A stretch of 64,000 bases of DNA from positions 1,472,001 through 1,536,000 of the forward strand of contig OZ242374.1 in assembly GCA_965209055.1 (NCBI GenBank). Direction: 5' to 3'. Position 1 is the first letter of the stretch. Every line of letters starts with the position of its first letter. The notes beneath the pieces are model-generated. The model saw nothing but the letters and a program-made list of their open reading frames with translations, was not told where the DNA came from and did no database searches. This document shows positions 1-7,948 of this stretch, piece after piece. Made by a program: the position numbers and the translations under genes. The stretch is from Acidobacteriota bacterium (GTDB lineage: Bacteria; Acidobacteriota; UBA6911; RPQK01; JAJDTT01).

Positions 1-2
1 CC

Positions 3-548
3 GTGGAAACGGAAAAGCCGGCTTGCGGTTCCGGTCATCCCCGGGCGGATGCCGTGATTCTGACTTCCCCCGGCTGGTACGGGGCGATCCGGACGGCGGA
101 TTGCCTCTCCGTGGTGATGGTGGACCCGCGGCGCCGGGTCCTGGGATTGGCGCACGCCGGCTGGCGGGGAACCTGCAGGGGAGTGACCGCCAAGGCGGCG
201 GCCCGCCTTCTCCGGCTGACGGGCGCGGATCCGGGAGACCTCTGCACCGCATTCGGCCCCTGTATCAGGAGTTGTTGCTACGAGGTCGGCGAGGAGGTCC
301 GGGTTGCCTTCCGGGAGCGGGGGTACGAAACGGAGAAGATCTTCCAGGGGAGTCATCTCGACCTGATCGGGGCCAACCGGCTCCAACTGGAGCGACTGGG
401 CGTCAGGCGAATTCTGGACTCCGGCCTCTGCACCTCCTGCCGCAACGACCGGTTCTATTCCTACCGGCGGGAGAAGACGGAGCGGAGGATGTGGACCGTG
501 GCCGGATTCCGCCCCGATTCGACGGAAGACCTCAAAACCCTGGCGTAG
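3..548 (+). CDS. pgeF: Peptidoglycan editing factor / YfiH laccase-domain protein (probably 5'-truncated by window edge)
   Basis: Motifs ADCLSV, HAGWRG, GPCIRSCCYEVG and CTSC..FYSYRR typical of YfiH/PgeF. Confidence 0.9.
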   Translation: METEKPACGSGHPRADAVILTSPGWYGAIRTADCLSVVMVDPRRRVLGLAHAGWRGTCRGVTAKAAARLLRLTGADPGDLCTAFGPCIRSCCYEVGEEVRVAFRERGYETEKIFQGSHLDLIGANRLQLERLGVRRILDSGLCTSCRNDRFYSYRREKTERRMWTVAGFRPDSTEDLKTLA

Positions 549-599
549 GACTCCGCCATCCTCGTTCGGCCGAACAGGAAAGCGGGGCGGGACTCGGCG

Positions 600-1082
600 T
601 CAGAGTTGAATGCTCTCGATTTTCTTCTGTTGTGCCGCCTTGTAGGCGCGCAGCTTTTCCTGAAGTCCCGTATCGCTGCGGCTCAGGATCTGGACCGCCA
701 CCAGGCCCGCGTTGCGGGCGCCGGCCTTGCCGATGGCCATGCTGGACACGGGCACGCCGCCCGGCATCTGCACCGTGGCGAGCAGGGCGTCCAATCCTTT
801 CAGCGGCGATGAGTCGATGGGGACGCCGATCACCGGCAAAATGGTGTGAGCCGCTAGGACGCCGGCCAGATGGGCCGCGGCGCCGGCTCCTGCGATCAGG
901 ACCTGGATCCCACGTCCCTCCGCATCGCGGGCAAAGTCCGTGGTCAGGGAAGGCGACCGGTGCGCCGAGAGAACACGGATGTCGTAGGGAACTTCGAAGT
1001 CATCCAGGATCTTGCTCGCTTCCTGCATCACCCCGAGATCGGAAACGCTTCCCATGAGGATGCCGACTTTCGGTGCGCTCAT
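600..1082 (-). CDS. purE: N5-carboxyaminoimidazole ribonucleotide mutase
   Basis: ILMGSVSD, SAHRSP, AGAGAAAHLAG, VQMPGGVPV; directly follows purD. Confidence 0.97.
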   Translation of the reverse strand: MSAPKVGILMGSVSDLGVMQEASKILDDFEVPYDIRVLSAHRSPSLTTDFARDAEGRGIQVLIAGAGAAAHLAGVLAAHTILPVIGVPIDSSPLKGLDALLATVQMPGGVPVSSMAIGKAGARNAGLVAVQILSRSDTGLQEKLRAYKAAQQKKIESIQL

Positions 1083-2378
1083 TTACGAATTCCTTTCTGT
1101 TTGGGAAAGCCGTCTGTATGCAATGTCTCGCCGATAGTAGATGCCGTCGAAGTGGATCTCCGTCAACCCCGAATAGGCGCGCCGCACCGCCTCGTCGAGA
1201 GAGGGAGCCAACGCCGTGACGCCCAGCACCCTTCCGCCGCTGGTCACGAACCGGCCGTCGGACTGGGAAGTTCCGGCATGGAACACCACCAGGTTCTCCA
1301 TCCGGTCCGTCTTCGCCAGTCCCGAGATCTCCAGTCCCTTGGGATAGGACCCCGGGTACCCCTTGGCCGCGGCGACCACACAGACTGCGGCTTGTGAAGT
1401 CCACTCGGCTTCGGTGGAGGCCAGGTCCCCGCGGGCGGCTTGGAGCAGAAGTGTGGCGAGATCGCTCCGGAGCCGGGGAAGGATCACCTGCGCCTCCGGG
1501 TCTCCGAAACGCACGTTGTATTCCAGGACCCGGGGGCCGTCCTCAGTGAGCATCAATCCGGCGTAGAGGATTCCGGAGAAGGGCCGTCCCTCCCGGTTCA
1601 TGCCGTCCACGGTGGGGAGAATGACCTGGTCGAGGATCCGCCGCCGCAGATCGGGAGACAGAAGGCCGTCCATGGAATAGGCGCCCATTCCACCCGTGTT
1701 GGGCCCGCGGCCTCCTTCGAAGATCTGCTTGTGATCCTGGGAGGGGACCATGGGGACCACGTTGCCGGCGCCGTCGGCCAGGACCATGAACGAAGCTTCC
1801 TCTCCCTGGAGAAACTCCTCGACCACCAGCCGGTCGCCGGCGGTTCCGAATTGCCTTGCGATCATGATCCGGTCGAGGGCCGCGACGGCCTCCTGCAGGT
1901 CGGCGCAGATCAGGACTCCCTTGCCGGCCGCCAAGCCGTCGGCCTTGAGCACCACGGGAAACTCGAAGAGGCCGCTCCGAAGCGCTCGCTCCGCGGCGGA
2001 AGGATCGTCGAAAACCCGATAGGCCGCCGTCGGGATCTGGTGGCGGCTCATGAAATCCTTGGCGAAGGCCTTGCTCCCCTCCAGCCGGGCCGCCTCCGCC
2101 GAAGGGCCGACAAGCGGCACGCCGGACCGGCGAAAAAGGTCTCCGATGCCGTCCACCAGGCTGGCTTCCGGTCCCACCACGGCCAGATTCATGTCTTGAT
2201 CGACGGCGAAATCCAACAGTTGACGGAGAGAGAGCTTGGGGAGAATTCGGGTCTTGGCGGCGGCCGCGATTCCGGCGTTTCCCGGGGAGCAGTAAATCTT
2301 CCGGACCTCGTCGCTCAAGCCCAGCTTCCAGACCAGCGCGTGTTCTCTTCCGCCAGAGCCGACGACGAGTATCTTCAC
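1083..2378 (-). CDS. purD: Phosphoribosylamine--glycine ligase
   Basis: MKILVVGSGGREHAL, KADGLAAGKGV, QDHK, GPNTGGMGAYS, EYNVRFGDPE. Confidence 0.98.
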   Translation of the reverse strand: MKILVVGSGGREHALVWKLGLSDEVRKIYCSPGNAGIAAAAKTRILPKLSLRQLLDFAVDQDMNLAVVGPEASLVDGIGDLFRRSGVPLVGPSAEAARLEGSKAFAKDFMSRHQIPTAAYRVFDDPSAAERALRSGLFEFPVVLKADGLAAGKGVLICADLQEAVAALDRIMIARQFGTAGDRLVVEEFLQGEEASFMVLADGAGNVVPMVPSQDHKQIFEGGRGPNTGGMGAYSMDGLLSPDLRRRILDQVILPTVDGMNREGRPFSGILYAGLMLTEDGPRVLEYNVRFGDPEAQVILPRLRSDLATLLLQAARGDLASTEAEWTSQAAVCVVAAAKGYPGSYPKGLEISGLAKTDRMENLVVFHAGTSQSDGRFVTSGGRVLGVTALAPSLDEAVRRAYSGLTEIHFDGIYYRRDIAYRRLSQTERNS

Positions 2379-2416
2379 TGTTGTTTCGCGACGGCCAGGC
2401 TCGAATCCTGCCTGGG

Positions 2417-2698
2417 TCAGCTTTCCTTCTTGGATTCAGTTTTGGGAGCCGCACTGTCGGCGGCGGCTTTGGCCGGTTCCTTCTTGGCGGTTTCCGTTTT
2501 GGTCTCCGAGCCGGTGTCCTTGCGGGCGTAGTCGGTGACGTACCAGCCTGACCCCTTGAACTGGATACTCGGCGCCGAGATCAGCTTCTCCAGCATTCCG
2601 CCGCAAGTATTGCACGTCTTCAGGGGCGGGTCCGAGAGCCGCTGAAGCACTTCGATGGTCTCTCCGCAACTGTCGCAAGCGTATTCGTAAAGCGGCAT
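2417..2698 (-). CDS. FmdB family zinc-ribbon protein with low-complexity K/A/E/T tail
   Basis: MPLYEYACDSCG...CNTCGG...FKGSGWYVTDY; ATG at 2698 with GGAGGGG upstream. Confidence 0.88.
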   Translation of the reverse strand: MPLYEYACDSCGETIEVLQRLSDPPLKTCNTCGGMLEKLISAPSIQFKGSGWYVTDYARKDTGSETKTETAKKEPAKAAADSAAPKTESKKES

Positions 2699-2734
2699 CG
2701 CGGCACCCGCAAGCAACCCCTCCAAAAACCGTAG

Positions 2735-2743
2735 AATATAGCA
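2735..2743 (-). promoter_or_regulatory. Extended -10 element (TG-C-TATATT) upstream of the FmdB-purD-purE unit
   Basis: Reverse complement reads TTGCTATATT in an AT-rich patch of the divergent intergenic region. Confidence 0.45.
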
Positions 2744-2854
2744 ACCCTTTCCCCCTTTTGCCACGATCCGCGGCCGGACCGCCTCAGCCGGCCTCCCCGT
2801 TCACCCTTCCCGCCTCATTCCTCTTTCCGCTCCTCTTTGAGATACTGGCCGGCG

Positions 2855-4141
2855 ATGTTGGATCGGGCTTTCATCAGGGGCAATCTGGAACAGGTCGAAA
2901 CCGGATTGAAGGAGCGGGGCTTTTCCTTGGACGCCGGGGAGTTCCTGGCTCTGGACGCTCGCGAGCGGGCGGCCCGGATCGAGTCGGAGGAGCTGAGGGC
3001 CGTCCGCAACCGCACCAGCACCGAGATCGCGAGGCGCCGCAAGCGGGGCGGCGATGCCAGTGCCCAGATCCGGGAGATGAAGCGGGTCTCTGCCCGGATC
3101 AAGGAGCTGGAGGAGAACCTGACCGGCCTCCGGACCCGGATGGACTCGTTCCTTTCCTGGATCCCGAATCTGGCGGCCGAGGGGGTGCCCTCGGGAAAGG
3201 ACAGCGCCGCCAACGAAGTCGTCCGCATCGTGGGCGAACCTCGCGAATTTTCCTTTCCCGTCCGGGATCATGTCGAGTTGGGGGCCCGCCTGGGCATCCT
3301 GGACCTGGAACGGGCCAGCAAGATCGCCGGCGCCCGTTTCAGCCTCTATTCCGGCGCCGGCGCCCTGCTGGAGCGGGCGCTCATCAACATGATGCTGGAT
3401 CTCCACACCCGCCGCCACGGATACCGGGAGGTGATTCCTCCCTTCCTGGCCAATCGCCGCAGTTTCTTCGGCACCGGAAACCTTCCCAAGTTCGAGGAAG
3501 ACCTCTTCCGGGTGGCCGGTTCCGACTACTTCCTCGTCCCCACCGCCGAGGTCCCGTTGACCAATGTCTTCGCCGGCGAGATCCTGGAAGAGGAAGATCT
3601 TCCCATCAACCTCACCGCATACACGCCCTGCTTCCGGAGCGAGGCCGGGTCTTACGGCAAGGACACCCGGGGGCTGATCCGCCTCCACCAGTTCAACAAG
3701 GTCGAGCTGGTCAAGTTCACACGGCCGGAAGACTCCGCCCGTCAATTGGAGCAGTTGACCGGCCACGCCGAAGCGGTGCTCAAGGCGCTGGAAATCCCCT
3801 ATCGGGTCGTGGTGCTCTCCACCGGCGACATGGGATTCAGCGCCGCCAAGACGTACGATCTGGAGGTGTGGGTGCCCAGCCAGAATACTTATCGGGAGAT
3901 TTCCTCATGCAGCAACTTCACCGACTTTCAGGCTCGGCGTTGCAGGATTCGATACCGACCGGCGCAGGGCTCCGGAAATCGGCTGGTCCACACTTTGAAC
4001 GGGTCCGGATTGGCGATCGGACGGACCTGGGTGGCGCTGGTGGAGAATTTCCAGCAGGAGGACGGCAGCGTCCGGATTCCGGAGGCGCTCCGCTCCTACA
4101 TGCATGGCCTGGAGCGTTTGGCGCCCGGGGAGTGTTCCTGA
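2855..4141 (+). CDS. serS: Serine--tRNA ligase
   Basis: MLD start, N-terminal coiled coil, PTAEVPL, FRSEAGSYGKDTRGLIRLHQFNKVE, EISSCSN, HTLNGSGLAIGR. Confidence 0.98.
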   Translation: MLDRAFIRGNLEQVETGLKERGFSLDAGEFLALDARERAARIESEELRAVRNRTSTEIARRRKRGGDASAQIREMKRVSARIKELEENLTGLRTRMDSFLSWIPNLAAEGVPSGKDSAANEVVRIVGEPREFSFPVRDHVELGARLGILDLERASKIAGARFSLYSGAGALLERALINMMLDLHTRRHGYREVIPPFLANRRSFFGTGNLPKFEEDLFRVAGSDYFLVPTAEVPLTNVFAGEILEEEDLPINLTAYTPCFRSEAGSYGKDTRGLIRLHQFNKVELVKFTRPEDSARQLEQLTGHAEAVLKALEIPYRVVVLSTGDMGFSAAKTYDLEVWVPSQNTYREISSCSNFTDFQARRCRIRYRPAQGSGNRLVHTLNGSGLAIGRTWVALVENFQQEDGSVRIPEALRSYMHGLERLAPGECS

Positions 4142-4145
4142 GCAG

Positions 4146-5096
4146 ATGATCGGATTCAATCTGGACAAGTCGGTTCGGCTCAGCTTCTACGAGCAGATCA
4201 AGGGGCAGCTCCTCTCGGCCATCTATTGCGGCAAGATTCGGGCCGGGGACCGCCTGCCGTCCATCCGTGAGGTCTCCGATCACCTGGGGATCAACTACAA
4301 GACGACCCGCAAGATCTATCTGAGGTTGGCCGAGGAGAACTACCTGGAGATCGTGAAGGGCAGCGGGGCCTTCCTGAAGGAAAGGAGCGGCGAGGCCTCC
4401 TATGGGCAGATGCGGCGGCATGCAGTCTTCAAGCTGCTGGGCGAGGTGTCCGCCAAGGCCAGGAGCCTGGGCCTCTCGCCGGACAAGTTCAGCGGCCTGT
4501 TGGACGCCTACTGGAACGGGACCGATCTGAGGCAGTTGCGTCTGGCTGTCGTCGACCACGAAGAGGAAGCCTACGTGTTCTCCCGGGAGCTGGAGATTCG
4601 CATGCCGGGGGTGCAGGCCCGGAGCGTGTCCCTGGGCGACGTCGAGAGCGATACCGCCCGGGCGCTTCTCAGCGGCAGCGAGTTCCTTCTGACCACCAGC
4701 TATCACCTGGAGGAGGTCAGGGATCTGTCACGCCGTTTCGGCAAGAAGCTGGTGGAGATCAAGCCCAGTCACGAGATCTATCGTGAGGTCTTGAGCGCGG
4801 CCCGCGACGAGAACGTGGCCATCGTGGTCCGGGATGAAGACACCCTGCATGCTTCCTGGGACGTCTTCATGAACATCTACCACCCGTCGACCGAGATGAA
4901 GTTCTGGATCGCCCCCATTTCCAGGGAGGACCTCATCGAGAAGATCGTCCGGGATGCGGACCTGATTTTCGTTTCTCCCATGTGCTGGGACGAGATGCGA
5001 AAGCGGACGCCGCCCACGAAGACGTTGAAGACGTACGACAAGTTCATTTCCCAGGAGACCATCGACCAGCTCCGTGCGCTCCAGCTCTTGGGGTAG
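4146..5096 (+). CDS. GntR family transcriptional regulator with long C-terminal effector-binding region
   Basis: N-terminal wHTH YEQIKGQL..GDRLPSIREVSDHLGIN..GSGAFL; starts 4 nt after the serS stop. Confidence 0.85.
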   Translation: MIGFNLDKSVRLSFYEQIKGQLLSAIYCGKIRAGDRLPSIREVSDHLGINYKTTRKIYLRLAEENYLEIVKGSGAFLKERSGEASYGQMRRHAVFKLLGEVSAKARSLGLSPDKFSGLLDAYWNGTDLRQLRLAVVDHEEEAYVFSRELEIRMPGVQARSVSLGDVESDTARALLSGSEFLLTTSYHLEEVRDLSRRFGKKLVEIKPSHEIYREVLSAARDENVAIVVRDEDTLHASWDVFMNIYHPSTEMKFWIAPISREDLIEKIVRDADLIFVSPMCWDEMRKRTPPTKTLKTYDKFISQETIDQLRALQLLG

Positions 5097-5255
5097 GAGT
5101 CTGCGCCGTAGAAATGATCGTAGCGAGAAAGTGGGGAATCGAGGACAGATTTTCACGATTTCGAGGTGCATAGTTGTTCTATTCGTCGAGAAATCGGGGA
5201 AATATGGACCGATTCCCCGCTTTCGCAGTAGATTGATTTCTGCGGCGCAGGCTCC
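5096..5255. mobile_element. MITE-like 160-bp imperfect palindrome flanked by TA
   Basis: Left end GGAGTCTGCGCCGTAGAAAT matches the reverse complement of the right end GGAGCCTGCGCCGCAGAAAT; arms pair imperfectly to a central TTGTT loop; TA at 5094-5095 and 5256-5257; AT-rich relative to flanks. Confidence 0.65.
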
Positions 5256-5297
5256 TAGGAGGCGGGAACGCTCGTCGGCTCCCGCAGCAGGTGAGGA

Positions 5298-6359
5298 ATG
5301 ATCGGCCGGGAAGGTCGCGAAACGCGGCGAAACGCTCCCAGGACAGCCGTCTCCGAGTCCTATGTTCGGAGTCTCCCCAAGGCCGAATTGCATCTTCATC
5401 TCGAGGGGAGCGTGGGGCCCGAGCGGCTCCTTGCCCTCGCTCGAAAATACGGCACGGAATATGCGTCCCTCAGCGCCGCCGCGTTGACGGAGAAACTCTA
5501 CCGGTACGGGAGCCTCCACGAATTCCTGGGCGCCTTCAAGGTGGTCTGCCAACACGTGCGCGGCAAGGAGGACTACGGTGACATCCTGGAGGACCTGGCC
5601 GAGAGCCTTCTCCGGCAGGGCGTCTTCTATGCGGAGATCATCTATTCACCGTCCATTCCCTGGATCTGGGGCAGGGACGGCCGGGAAATACTTCGGCATC
5701 TGTTGAAAACAGGAGCCCGGTTCGAGGAGAAGGGCCTGGTCATCCGCTGGGTGCTGGACTGCGTGCGCCAGTTCGGCGTGGAAGCGGCGTGGAGGACGGC
5801 CCGGCTGGCGGCGGAGCACCGGAGCCGGGGCGTCGTGGCGTTGGGTATGGGAGGGGACGAGTTGTCCCTCCCCCTGACCGAGTATCGTGATGTCTTTCTC
5901 TGGGCCAAGGCCCATGAGATCTACATTCATGTCCACGCCGGTGAGATCGGCGAGCCGGACCAGGTCTGGAGCGCCCTCAAGGACCTGGGCGCCAACCGGA
6001 TCGGCCACGGCGTCCAGGCGGCGCGGGACCCGCGCCTGATCGAGTATCTGCGGGAGCATGCCGTAGGGCTGGACGTCTGCCTGACCAGCAACCTCAGGAC
6101 ACGGGCGTGGGCTCCGCTGTCTCAGCACCCCTTTCCCCTCCTCTACCGCCGCGGCGTTCCGGTGACCTTGAACACGGACGATCCCGGCCTGTTCCAGACC
6201 AGCTTGACCCAGGAGTATCTGAAGGCCTCGCGCATCTTCGGGCTGACGGCCCGGGACCTTCAGCGAATCGCGTTGCAGGCGGTTCGGTGCTCCTTCCTGC
6301 CCCACGAGGCCAAGATGGCCCACATGCAGCGGATCCAGGACCAGGTAGAGCTTGGCTGA
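5298..6359 (+). CDS. add: Adenosine/adenine deaminase
   Basis: PKAELHLHLEGS, HVHAGE, RIGHG, NTDDPGLF. Confidence 0.93.
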   Translation: MIGREGRETRRNAPRTAVSESYVRSLPKAELHLHLEGSVGPERLLALARKYGTEYASLSAAALTEKLYRYGSLHEFLGAFKVVCQHVRGKEDYGDILEDLAESLLRQGVFYAEIIYSPSIPWIWGRDGREILRHLLKTGARFEEKGLVIRWVLDCVRQFGVEAAWRTARLAAEHRSRGVVALGMGGDELSLPLTEYRDVFLWAKAHEIYIHVHAGEIGEPDQVWSALKDLGANRIGHGVQAARDPRLIEYLREHAVGLDVCLTSNLRTRAWAPLSQHPFPLLYRRGVPVTLNTDDPGLFQTSLTQEYLKASRIFGLTARDLQRIALQAVRCSFLPHEAKMAHMQRIQDQVELG

Positions 6360-6410
6360 ATTCCGCGCGCCCGGCTCCGGCTGTGAGAGAATGGAGGACG
6401 CGTTCCAGCC

Positions 6411-6500
6411 GGAGGAGTGGCCGAGTGGTTTAAGGCGGCGGTCTTGAAAACCGCTGTGTCCGAAAGGGCACCGTGGGTTCGAATCCTACCTCCTCCGCCA
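6411..6500 (+). tRNA. tRNA-Ser (TGA)
   Basis: GGAGGAG acceptor stem, GCCGAGTGGTTTAAGGC D-arm, anticodon arm GCGGT-CTTGAAA-ACCGC, long variable arm, GTTCGAATC T-loop, ends GCCA. Confidence 0.97.
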
Positions 6501-6579
6501 GCTCCTCCAGAGGCCTCCCGGAAAGTCCAGGTTCACCCGTGGTGCGGCCGGGTTTTGAGATGGCGATCGCTTCGATTCC

Positions 6580-6667
6580 GGCCTGCATTCCGAATTGGAC
6601 GGTGATATATTCCGAATCGGACTGGCCTGCATTCCGAATTGGACGATAGCTGATGCCGGATCGGACG
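6580..6667. repeat. Four tandem 22-bp imperfect repeats with palindromic core TCCGA-A-T(C/T)GGA
   Basis: Units 6580-6601 GGCCTGCATTCCGAATTGGACG, 6602-6623 GTGATATATTCCGAATCGGACT, 6624-6645 identical to unit 1, 6646-6667 ATAGCTGATGCCGGATCGGACG. Confidence 0.85.
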
Positions 6668-7921
6668 ATAAACCTCGGGGAATTTGTGGCGCGGCATGCC
6701 GAGCAGCGGGTTCGGGCGGCGCTGGAAGATACCCGCATCGTGGCGATCGTGGGGCCGCGCCAGTCGGGCAAGACGACGCTCGCCCGCCGCATCGCCGCCT
6801 CCGGCGGGCGCCCTTTCATTACCCTGGACGACCACCAGTTCAGGCGGTTTGCGCGAAATGATCCGGCTGGCTTCATGCGCGCCCAACCGGCCGCGGTGAT
6901 CGACGAGATCCAGCGCGCGCCGGGCCTCATCCTGGCCCTCAAGCAAGCGGTGGACGAAGACCCGCGGCCGGGGCGCTTCCTGATCACGGGCTCGGTCGAC
7001 CTTTTCCGGGGCGCCATCTCTCCTGATTCGCTTGCGGGGCGCGTCGAGACCATCGAACTCTTGCCGTTCTCTCAAGCGGAAATCGCCGGGACGGGACCGC
7101 CGGACTTCCTGGACCGGGCCTTTGCCGCAGACTTTCCCAGTCTCGCGCTGACGGGACCGACCGGCGACTTGACGGAACGCGTCATCTCCGGTGGTTTTCC
7201 CGAAGCTCTTTCTCGTGCGGTTCCGACACGCCGCCGGAGCTGGTTTCGGGCCTATGCCCGCTCGCTCGCCGAGCGCGACGTCTCCGATATCGCCTCCATC
7301 TCCAAGCGGAATGACCTGAGCCGCCTGATCGGCCACGCGGCGGTGTCGGCCGGCCGGTTGCTCAACCTGTCGGCCCTCGGATCGCGGATTGGCGTCGACG
7401 GCAAGACGGTCGACCGTTGGCTCGCCCTGTTCGAGCACATGTTCCTGGTCCGTCGCGTCGCCGCTTGGCATCGCAGTGGACTGAAGAGGCTCGTCAAGGC
7501 GCCGAAACTGCACTTTCTGGATTCCGGCCTGCTGGCGGCGCTTCAGCGGGTGTCGGCGGCGACAGTGGCCAGGGACCGGCAGAAGCTGGGGCCTCATCTG
7601 GAAAGCTTCGTTTACGCCGAGCTCGCCAAGGCGGCCGCTCTTTCCGGCGACGAACTGGCCATTGGTCATTATCGAGACAAGGATCAGGTCGAAGTCGACT
7701 TCGTGTTGGAGCGATCCCCCGGCGCAATCGTCGGAATCGAAGTCAAAGCGAGCGCAACGGTGGGTCCCAGGGACTTCAAGGGCTTGAATCGCCTGCGAGA
7801 GGCCGCGGGCGATCGTTTCGCTTGCGGCATCATCCTCCATGACGGCGGTCGCGTTCAAAAGGCCGCTTCCAGGCTCTTTGCGATGCCCGTCAAAATGCTC
7901 TGGGCGAACCGTCGGCGGTAG
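6653..7921 (+). CDS. AAA family ATPase with C-terminal DUF4143 (PD-(D/E)XK-like) domain
   Basis: Walker A GPRQSGKTT, Walker B VIDEIQ, ITGS, DSLAGR, KAPKLHFLDSG, EVDFVLE..GIEVK. Confidence 0.9.
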   Translation: MPDRTINLGEFVARHAEQRVRAALEDTRIVAIVGPRQSGKTTLARRIAASGGRPFITLDDHQFRRFARNDPAGFMRAQPAAVIDEIQRAPGLILALKQAVDEDPRPGRFLITGSVDLFRGAISPDSLAGRVETIELLPFSQAEIAGTGPPDFLDRAFAADFPSLALTGPTGDLTERVISGGFPEALSRAVPTRRRSWFRAYARSLAERDVSDIASISKRNDLSRLIGHAAVSAGRLLNLSALGSRIGVDGKTVDRWLALFEHMFLVRRVAAWHRSGLKRLVKAPKLHFLDSGLLAALQRVSAATVARDRQKLGPHLESFVYAELAKAAALSGDELAIGHYRDKDQVEVDFVLERSPGAIVGIEVKASATVGPRDFKGLNRLREAAGDRFACGIILHDGGRVQKAASRLFAMPVKMLWANRRR

Positions 7922-7948
7922 GAACGGGCGGTTCCCGGCTGATCCGGG

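Noticed and set aside
6417-6605. 62-aa ORF MAEWFKAAVLKT
   Set aside because: It is the translation of the tRNA-Ser gene
6580-6667. 22-bp repeats as a CRISPR array
   Set aside because: Units are head-to-tail with no unique spacers, too short, and there are no cas genes
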